DNA of 64,000 nucleotides from Kiritimatiellia bacterium (GTDB taxonomy: Bacteria > Verrucomicrobiota > Kiritimatiellia > JAAZAB01), in NCBI GenBank assembly GCA_040767085.1, contig JAXGPF010000008.1:96001-160000 (forward strand). Reading direction: 5' to 3'. This document shows positions 56,982 through 64,000 of the stretch, piece after piece. The notes under the pieces were generated by a model. It made no database searches, was not told the origin of the DNA, and saw only the letters and a list, made by a program, of their open reading frames with translations. Position 1 is the stretch's first letter. Every line of letters starts with the position of its first letter. A program made the position numbers and the translations under genes.

Positions 56982-58655
56982 ATGTCCGAAGGGAACAAAT
57001 TATCTCAGACCATGCGTATCAAGATCGACGCGGACTCGGATGCGCCGGTCACGCGGCGCATGCCTTCCATTCGCGCCCGCTCTTTCAGCACCCGCCTGCC
57101 GGTCAAGGCGCGCCTGAGTCCGGCCGAGAACACGCTCTACCAGCAATTCATGAAGAGCATCTATGACGCGGTGCTGATCACCGATCCCCAGGGCGCGTTA
57201 GTGGACGCCAATGGGCGGGCCTACGAATTTTTTCTGTATGATTTGGACGAACTGTGCACCAAGACCATTTTCGATATCGTCTGCGGCTTCAATGCCGTCG
57301 TCCTGGGGACGATCATCAGCAACCTCAAGAACGAGCGTTTTACCTTGATCGAGGCCTGTTGCCGGCGCCAGGACCAGACTTTGTTCCACGCCGAAATCGC
57401 CACCAGCCTGCTGCACCTGGGCCAGGCGCCGCATTTGTGCTTTTTCGTGCGCGATATCAGCAAGCGCAAGCAGGACGAAGCCGACCTGGCGCAAACCCGC
57501 GCCCAACTTGACCGGGCGGAGCGGCTGGAAATGGCGGGCAGCATTGCCGGCCATATAGCGCACGATTTCAACAACTTGCTCACGCCGCTGCTGGCCTATC
57601 CGCATTTTATCCGCGAAGCCCTGCCGCCTGATTCCCAGTGCCGGCAGGACCTGGATATCATCGAAAAAACCGCCCAGCAGATAGCGGACATCAACCAGCA
57701 GCTGCTGGCGCTGTCGCGCCGCGGCTATTACGAGCAGCGGGTGCTGGACATTAATGCCGTGATCGAAAACGTGATGGTGCTGTTCAAGCGCAGCGGCCAG
57801 ATGCAGGGCATCGAAGTCGATTTGCGCATGGAGGAAAACCTCTTGCACATCAAGGGCTCATCCGAACAGTTGCTGCGGGTGATTCACAATCTCTGCCAGA
57901 ACGCCCTGGATGCCATGGAGAAGCAGGGGCGGCTGGTTATCCAGACCGAGCAGGTTTACCTGGAAGCGCCATTGAAAAAATACGAATCGGTGGCCCAGGG
58001 CGAATATATCAAGGTCACGGTGGCCGACACCGGCCATGGCATTCCCCCGGAAATCCAGGACAAGATTTTCGATCCGTTTTTCACCACCAAGGAGGCCACG
58101 CGCCAACGCGGTTCCGGCCTGGGGCTGAGCGTGGTGCATGGCATCGTCAAGGACCACCAGGGCTACATCGATCTGGAAAGCGCGGTGGGACAGGGCTCCG
58201 CCTTCAGCCTGTATTTCCCGGTCTGCCGCGAAGAAGTGACCGAGGCGGCGGTGCAGGAATGCATGGGCGGCAAGGAATTGATTCTGGTGGTAGATGACGA
58301 TAAGCTGCAAATCGAGGTTACCACGCGCATCCTGGCCAAACTGGGTTACCAGGTGCTCAGCGCCATGAGCGGGGAGGAAGCGCTCGCCCTGATGCGGCAG
58401 CGGAAGGCGGAAGGCCGGCTGCCCGCCCTGGCCGTGCTGGATATGATCATGGGCGGCGGCATGGACGGCACGGAAACCTTCCGCCAGATGAAGGAGATCA
58501 ATCCCCGGCAGCGCGCCATTATTTTTTCCGGCTATGCCGAATCCGCGCGGGTGGGCCTGGCCCAGGAACTGGGCGCCGGGGCTTACCTGCGCAAGCCGGT
58601 CAGCCTGGAAAAGCTGGCGCAAGCTGTCCGCTTTGAGCTTGACCGCCAGACGTGA
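56982..58655 (+). CDS. PAS-domain hybrid sensor histidine kinase
   Basis: PAS, IAHDFNNLL, NALDAM, DTGHGI, PFFTTK, GSGLGL, C-terminal receiver. Confidence 0.93.
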   Translation: MSEGNKLSQTMRIKIDADSDAPVTRRMPSIRARSFSTRLPVKARLSPAENTLYQQFMKSIYDAVLITDPQGALVDANGRAYEFFLYDLDELCTKTIFDIVCGFNAVVLGTIISNLKNERFTLIEACCRRQDQTLFHAEIATSLLHLGQAPHLCFFVRDISKRKQDEADLAQTRAQLDRAERLEMAGSIAGHIAHDFNNLLTPLLAYPHFIREALPPDSQCRQDLDIIEKTAQQIADINQQLLALSRRGYYEQRVLDINAVIENVMVLFKRSGQMQGIEVDLRMEENLLHIKGSSEQLLRVIHNLCQNALDAMEKQGRLVIQTEQVYLEAPLKKYESVAQGEYIKVTVADTGHGIPPEIQDKIFDPFFTTKEATRQRGSGLGLSVVHGIVKDHQGYIDLESAVGQGSAFSLYFPVCREEVTEAAVQECMGGKELILVVDDDKLQIEVTTRILAKLGYQVLSAMSGEEALALMRQRKAEGRLPALAVLDMIMGGGMDGTETFRQMKEINPRQRAIIFSGYAESARVGLAQELGAGAYLRKPVSLEKLAQAVRFELDRQT

Positions 58656-58656
58656 C

Positions 58657-59358
58657 ATGTCCGCCGCCATCCAGATAGCGCGGATTTGCGGGATTCCGCT
58701 CCGCGTGCATTATTCCCTGCTGGCGCTCTTCCCGTTGTTTGCCTGGCATTATGCCGCTGCCTTCGGCGGGGATGTCCGCGCGTGGTGGTGGGGCGGGGCG
58801 CTGGCGGCGCTGTTGTTCGCCTGTGTGGCTTTGCATGAATTCGGCCACTCGCTGGCGGCTCTGGCGATGGGCGGGCGTGTGCGGGATATTTTGCTCCTGC
58901 CCATCGGCGGGGCGGCCCGTCTGGAGCACATGCCCCGGCGATTCTGGCAGGAACTGCTCCTGGCTGCCGCCGGCCCGGCGGTCAGTTTGGCGCTAGCCGC
59001 GGCCCTGGCCTGGGCGGCGGGCGGGGTTGGCCAGACTTGGCCGCGCGCCGGCCGCGCGTTGGATTACCTGTTCTGGGTCAATCTGGCGCTGGGAGTGTTT
59101 AACCTGTTGCCGGCCTTTCCCATGGATGGCGGCCGCATGCTGCGCGCGATATTGACGCCGTGGCTGGGGCGTCCGGGCGCCACCCGTCTGGCGGCCCGGA
59201 TCGGCCAGGGGCTGGCCGTGCTGCTGGGCGTTATGGGCGCCTATCCGCCATTTCAGCCGGTGCTGGTGGCAATAGCTTTTTTTGTTTATACCGCAGCCGG
59301 CGCGGAGTATCGTCAGGTCTTGCGCGAAGAATCCGCGCCGCCGCTCCCCGGGTTTTAA
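58657..59358 (+). CDS. site-2 protease (M50) family
   Basis: LHEFGHS, AAAGP, FNLLPAFPMDGGR. Confidence 0.92.
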   Translation: MSAAIQIARICGIPLRVHYSLLALFPLFAWHYAAAFGGDVRAWWWGGALAALLFACVALHEFGHSLAALAMGGRVRDILLLPIGGAARLEHMPRRFWQELLLAAAGPAVSLALAAALAWAAGGVGQTWPRAGRALDYLFWVNLALGVFNLLPAFPMDGGRMLRAILTPWLGRPGATRLAARIGQGLAVLLGVMGAYPPFQPVLVAIAFFVYTAAGAEYRQVLREESAPPLPGF

Positions 59359-59403
59359 ACCGGCAAGCGCCGGAGAGCGTTCCCGCTCATCCGTCATTCC
59401 GTT

Positions 59404-61635
59404 TTATTCCCCGAGGTAAATGATCAGCTTGTCGTGCGCCAGCAGCGCCAGGTCGCCTGTGCCGTCGCCGTTGAAATCGCCGGAAGCGGCCGCGCGCGGT
59501 TCCATCCCGCCGTGTTGGCCCGCGAAGCCGGGATCTTCAAACACGGCAAAGGCCAGGCGTTCCGTCAGCCGGCGGGATCTGCGCTCGATAATTTCGAGCG
59601 CGCGGTTGCGGGTGTCGGTCAAAGCGATCAACGGGCGCGGCGGACGGCCGAGTTGGACCAGGCGCGCGTCGGCTAAGGACGGCTCTTCGGCCGGGGAAGT
59701 GTATTCCGCGTCATGCTCGATTTTGAAGGCGGCCGGCGTATCGTGAAACACATAAATTTCCTGGGCCGTAATCAGTAAAAGCCCCGCATCCCGGCCGTCT
59801 GCCCCGGCGGCGCGCAGCGGGTGCAGGCCGACCGGCTGGGCCAGGGTGGCGCCAACGTGCATCCGGCGCGGCAGGTCCGCCCCCGGGGCGAACCAGAGCA
59901 GGTCGTTGCCATCCTGGTCAAAAACCAGGGCGCCGGCGGCGCCGGGTGTTTGCCGGAAAAACGCCGCGGCGGCCAGGTTGGCATTGCCGGAGGTTGAACT
60001 GAATTGCCGGCGGGGCTGCCAGGCGCCGGCGGACCAGTTGAATTCCCGGGCGACTTTGCCCAGCGCCAGCAGCATGGCCCCGGCCCGGGCATCGTGCATG
60101 GCCGGACGCAGCGAGGCGCCGGCGGCATTGAAGGATGCGGCCTTGACTTCCGCCAGTTCCTCGGCGGCGGAAAGGATGTAAAATGCCGGCGGCTGGAAAG
60201 GGATAAAAAGCATGATGCCCAGGGCCCGGTCCGCCAGCGGCCAGATGCGGATGGCGTCCGGATCGTTGGGCAGATCAATGGGGTGGGCGTAGGGCGCCTG
60301 GGCGGGCTGGTCCGGAGCTTCCGCCAGCGGTTGCAATGTCATGGTGGCCGCGCGGGTAATCGCATCGCGGCAGACCCAGACCGCTGCCGGCCGGTCGGGC
60401 AGGGCGGCGGCGATCAGCGGCCCGGGAAAAGGTGGCGGCAGGAGCCGGGGGAAGTCGGCCGGCTGGCTGCGGTCATGCAGCGCGGCGGTTTTTTCGGCCG
60501 CGCTGAATACCAGCAAGTCGCCGCCGTCCGTGAGGCTGATCGCGCTGGCGCCGGCCAGCGAATTGCAACAGAGCGGCTCGGCCGACAAGCCGGAGGCATT
60601 GCCGTTATAAATGTGAATTTGTCCCGCTTCCGGCGCCGCGACGCAGCAATCGTTGTGTCCGTCGGCATTGAAATCGCCGACAGCCCACGCCGTCGCCAGG
60701 CGCGGATTGACGCCCCGCAGCGGAATGCGCACCGGCAGAATTTCGTCACGGTCAAGAAAACTCGACGCCGCCTCCGGCTGGACGGCATACAGCCGCAGGC
60801 CGCGCCCGCTGGTAATAATGCTGGCGATCTGCGCCGGAGCGTCCGCCCGGAGCTGCAGGGCCGCGGAGCGGCGCGCGGGCGTGATGGACAGGATGCATTC
60901 GGGGCCGAATTCCCGGTCGCCGACGCCGGGACGGAGGCGGAGCAGGGCCGGGGCGTCCGCCATGAAAATCAGCAAATCGGTCAACCCGTCGCCCGTGAAG
61001 TCGGCGGCTTCGATTTTCAGGGCTTCCGGCGGCGTGATGGGAATTTCCGTGCGCCGGGTGAAATGGCCGTCGCCTTCGTTCCATAACAACTCCAGTTTAT
61101 CCTTGCGGCAGACGGCGATGTCCAACCGACCGTCGCCGTCCAAATCGGCGGCATGCAGGTCCATCAGCCGTTCCGGCGCTTGCAGGAAAATTTTTTGGGC
61201 AGGCAGCAGCGCGCCTTCGCTGAAAGGATAAAGATGCAGGCCCTGTTCCCGGCCGAGCGCCAGGATGGCCGGCCGGCCGGGGCCGTAGACATCGTCCGTG
61301 CGGCAGGCGATGATCTGCTGATCCACCACGACGCCCAGGTTGGTGAAAGTTTCCTCCAGCCGCGGGGCGCGCCCGGCATCCGGCGGGGCCGCCGGCTGCG
61401 CGCGGAGAAGCACTTCCAGGCGCGAGGCCTGGTTATTGGCGAAGATGACATCGTCCATGCCGTCGCCGTTCAGGTCATGGGTATGCAGGAGCGCCGCGCC
61501 ATTTTCAAACCGGTAGATTTCCATGCCGCCGAAGCCCAGTTCCGCGTCCGCCGGCGGTTCGCCGGCCGGCAGGTTGGCGTGCGCCAGCATGGCGGCGAAG
61601 ACCGCCGTCCAACAGGATTGTCTGAATGGTTTCAT
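59404..61635 (-). CDS. secreted FG-GAP/VCBS-repeat protein
   Basis: Multiple D(L/F)(N/D/T)GDG..D repeats; signal peptide. Confidence 0.85.
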   Translation of the reverse strand: MKPFRQSCWTAVFAAMLAHANLPAGEPPADAELGFGGMEIYRFENGAALLHTHDLNGDGMDDVIFANNQASRLEVLLRAQPAAPPDAGRAPRLEETFTNLGVVVDQQIIACRTDDVYGPGRPAILALGREQGLHLYPFSEGALLPAQKIFLQAPERLMDLHAADLDGDGRLDIAVCRKDKLELLWNEGDGHFTRRTEIPITPPEALKIEAADFTGDGLTDLLIFMADAPALLRLRPGVGDREFGPECILSITPARRSAALQLRADAPAQIASIITSGRGLRLYAVQPEAASSFLDRDEILPVRIPLRGVNPRLATAWAVGDFNADGHNDCCVAAPEAGQIHIYNGNASGLSAEPLCCNSLAGASAISLTDGGDLLVFSAAEKTAALHDRSQPADFPRLLPPPFPGPLIAAALPDRPAAVWVCRDAITRAATMTLQPLAEAPDQPAQAPYAHPIDLPNDPDAIRIWPLADRALGIMLFIPFQPPAFYILSAAEELAEVKAASFNAAGASLRPAMHDARAGAMLLALGKVAREFNWSAGAWQPRRQFSSTSGNANLAAAAFFRQTPGAAGALVFDQDGNDLLWFAPGADLPRRMHVGATLAQPVGLHPLRAAGADGRDAGLLLITAQEIYVFHDTPAAFKIEHDAEYTSPAEEPSLADARLVQLGRPPRPLIALTDTRNRALEIIERRSRRLTERLAFAVFEDPGFAGQHGGMEPRAAASGDFNGDGTGDLALLAHDKLIIYLGE

Positions 61636-61655
61636 TGGCATCCCCCCCCGTGCCA

Positions 61656-63377
61656 TCAGGGTTCCGTCCAGACCGTGACGCTTTCCCAGCCGTCCGCCGT
61701 AGCCGCGCTGTAAGAAAGCAGCGGCCCGAAAAAAGCGGCGATTTTGTCCGCCGGCGGCATGCGGTCAAAATTCAGCATGGCGCAAGCTCCGGAGCGAACC
61801 TGTTTTTTGGCGTTCCACTGCTCGCAATGCCGGCGGATTTCCCGCCATTGGGGGCCGGCCAGGTAGGCGCGGATGGCGGCGGCCAGGTTCAGCATTTCAT
61901 AAGAGCAAGCCTGGGTTGGCTTGAGGCGCAGCAAGGCCTGGTAGCCGGCGCTGCCGTAAAACTCCGCGGCGGCGCCCGGGGCATCGGCGGCGCGCAGCGC
62001 GGCCCGCACCATGGCGTCATCGCCGCACACCAGGAATTGCCCGGCCACGGCCAGGCTCCAGGCGTTGGACCCGGCGGCGGCCGGCGTGATGGTATAGAGG
62101 GGACGCCCGCGGAAATCCGCGGCCTGGAGGCGTTCGCCCAGTTGCATGCGCAGCGGCGCGGCATCCGCCAGCAGGCGCCCCAGCGCGGCGGCGGCCTCCG
62201 CGGGCTGCTTGAGTTGCCAGTACAACAGCATGCGGCTCTCGCCGCCTTCCATGCGGCTGCAGGTGGCGTATCCGCTTTCCAGGTGCCGGATGACATCGTT
62301 GGACAAATCCACGCCGAAAGACTGCTGCAGCATGCCCTGGAACATCATCTGGGACGCGGCCAGCGCCGGATTGATCTGGCTGAGCATCCCCGGCAGCGCT
62401 TCCCAGAAAGCCGCCAGGTTCAGCCGGTTGGCGCTGTAGGCGAAGGCATCCGCCGGGATGTATGGCAGGCGCCAATCCGCGGGCAGCGGCGCGGGGTCCA
62501 GCAGCGTCCAGATGCCCTGGCGGCAGCCGCGGTTTTGAATGCGCACGGCCGTGCGCAACTGGCGGTCCTGCTCGGCGATGGAAAACGTCACCTCCTGCAG
62601 TTCGGAGATTTTCAAGGCATTGATCAAGTCGCCGGGCTGGAAAAGCGGAGGGGTATTGGTGGCGGCCGCGGCGGCTGGCCGCCGCGGCCTGGGCGCGAGC
62701 GCTTTTTCAATGAGCGCGCGGATGCCGTCGCCAGACACCCGGGCGTGCAGCAGGTAGGCGGCCGCCGCGCCGGACGGCGGCCGGGCCTGGAGCCGGCTGA
62801 TGCTTTTTTCCATCCAGGCGCGGTCGTTGGAGTACAGGAAGGTGTCGTTCACCAGCGCCTGCCAGGTGATGTTGGTGGCATGGCGGGCCGACACGCGGGT
62901 GGCGCGCAGCAGCTCCACGCCTTGAAAATTCTCGCGGACCAGCGCCATGGCCTCCGGCAGCAACCGGTTGATGCGCTGGTCCAACTCCTGCAACCTGGCA
63001 TATTGCGGCGCCGCCAGTTGCGCCGCCAGGCAGATCCCGGGGATTGTCCCCTGCGTCAGCCCGAGGGCCGCTTCGCCCTGCAACAGTTGCATCTGCTCCC
63101 GCTGCAAGTGCCGTACTTCCTCCCGCGCCGGCGCGGGCGCGTCGCGATGCGGCAGCCAGCGGGCGGGATCGGGATGTCCTAAAAATTCCTGGATCGCCGG
63201 GTCGCGCCAGCAGCGTCCCGGCGGCGATGCCGCCAGCGCGGCGCACAGGTTGGAAATGTTGGGCGCATGCAGTTGGATGGCGCTGTCGCCCGGCAGCAGT
63301 TCCAGGCGGGCGGCGGCGGGGAGCGCCAAGGCGGCCAGCGCGGCGGCGGCCAGCGGCAACAGGCGTGATGGTTTCAT
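61656..63377 (-). CDS. secreted hypothetical protein (DUF3352-like)
   Basis: Signal peptide, LLPGDS/YIPADA duplicated halves; co-oriented and overlapping with neighbours. Confidence 0.6.
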   Translation of the reverse strand: MKPSRLLPLAAAALAALALPAAARLELLPGDSAIQLHAPNISNLCAALAASPPGRCWRDPAIQEFLGHPDPARWLPHRDAPAPAREEVRHLQREQMQLLQGEAALGLTQGTIPGICLAAQLAAPQYARLQELDQRINRLLPEAMALVRENFQGVELLRATRVSARHATNITWQALVNDTFLYSNDRAWMEKSISRLQARPPSGAAAAYLLHARVSGDGIRALIEKALAPRPRRPAAAAATNTPPLFQPGDLINALKISELQEVTFSIAEQDRQLRTAVRIQNRGCRQGIWTLLDPAPLPADWRLPYIPADAFAYSANRLNLAAFWEALPGMLSQINPALAASQMMFQGMLQQSFGVDLSNDVIRHLESGYATCSRMEGGESRMLLYWQLKQPAEAAAALGRLLADAAPLRMQLGERLQAADFRGRPLYTITPAAAGSNAWSLAVAGQFLVCGDDAMVRAALRAADAPGAAAEFYGSAGYQALLRLKPTQACSYEMLNLAAAIRAYLAGPQWREIRRHCEQWNAKKQVRSGACAMLNFDRMPPADKIAAFFGPLLSYSAATADGWESVTVWTEP

Positions 63378-64000
63378 GGTTCCTCCGTATGGGTTGCTGG
63401 GGGTGTGTTTGCCGCGCGGCGCGGCGGGTCAAGATACAGGAATCCCGATTCGGCATTGGATTCGTCGAAGGCATAATCATCCAAATGCTCCAGCAGGAAG
63501 CGGGCATGGCGCACCGGGATGGCGAAGTTGAGCCCCTGCCGGATGGGAATCTGCATGTTGATAATGCCAATCACCTGTCCGCGCGCGTTGAACAGCGGTC
63601 CGCCGGAATTGCCCGGATTAACCGGAGCATCCGTTTGCAGAAACAGCAGGCCGTTGATATTCCGGGCCGTTTGACTGATCACGCCCTGGGTGACGGATCG
63701 TTCCAGGCCCAGCGGGTTGCCGATGACGAACACCGCTTCCCCGGGCTGGCTGCGGTCGTGCGGCGCCAGCACGGCCGGGGTAACCGGGGCATCCGCCGCG
63801 ATTCCGCCGATCCGCAGCACGGCCAGGTCATGAAAAGCGTCCACCGCGACAATCGCCACATCCTGGTGCACGATCCGCCGCAGGATTTGCCGGTCCCGCA
63901 CAAAACGGGTCACCACCGCCCGGCGTTCGCCGCGGATGACGTGAAAATTGGTGAGCAGGTAACCCTGCCGGTTGACGAAAAAACCAGACCCCAGCCCGCG
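63374..64000 (-). CDS. trypsin-like (S1C) serine protease, 5'-truncated by the window edge
   Basis: GLGSGFFV..GYLLTNFHV, DLAVL, IGNPLGL, QTDAPVNPGNSGGPL. Confidence 0.9.
   Translation of the reverse strand, partial: RGLGSGFFVNRQGYLLTNFHVIRGERRAVVTRFVRDRQILRRIVHQDVAIVAVDAFHDLAVLRIGGIAADAPVTPAVLAPHDRSQPGEAVFVIGNPLGLERSVTQGVISQTARNINGLLFLQTDAPVNPGNSGGPLFNARGQVIGIINMQIPIRQGLNFAIPVRHARFLLEHLDDYAFDESNAESGFLYLDPPRRAANTPPATHTEEP

Overview
GC-rich bacterial chromosomal segment; the gene style suggests a PVC-superphylum organism such as Kiritimatiellae/Lentisphaerae (inference). The first ~6.55 kb is a visibly lower-GC accessory island that reads as the distal end of an integron cassette array. It has four complete attC-like sites plus one broken one. 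Its cassettes encode an HNH protein, a Ser/Thr kinase with a HEAT-like C-terminus, a hypothetical protein, a DUF6868-like protein, a YHYH protein, and an antitoxin with a frameshifted RelE/ParE toxin. No integrase is present in the window. The array is invaded by an HUH/Y1 (RAYT-like) transposase element bounded by inverted GGGTCGGACC-N-CGGCAA ends. That element occurs as one full copy, one internally deleted copy and a ladder of left-end-only copies, two of which sit where cassette stop codons/attC sites should be. The rest is mostly housekeeping or accessory backbone: an RND efflux triad, apgM-like mutase, pilT-like ATPase, smpB, tatD, hflX, maf, an SPFH pair, DciA, a DUF4032-HPr fusion, trmL, floA, AraC with large glycoside-hydrolase-like genes, two choice-of-anchor-Q beta-helix proteins, hemerythrin and SOD, a CapA-racemase-ATP-grasp cluster, mfd, two-component genes, and an S1 protease/FG-GAP operon. 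It also carries an ISL3 (8-bp TSD), an IS1202-type IS (16-bp TSD), two MITE families and REP-like repeats. No rRNA, tRNA or CRISPR array was recognised.
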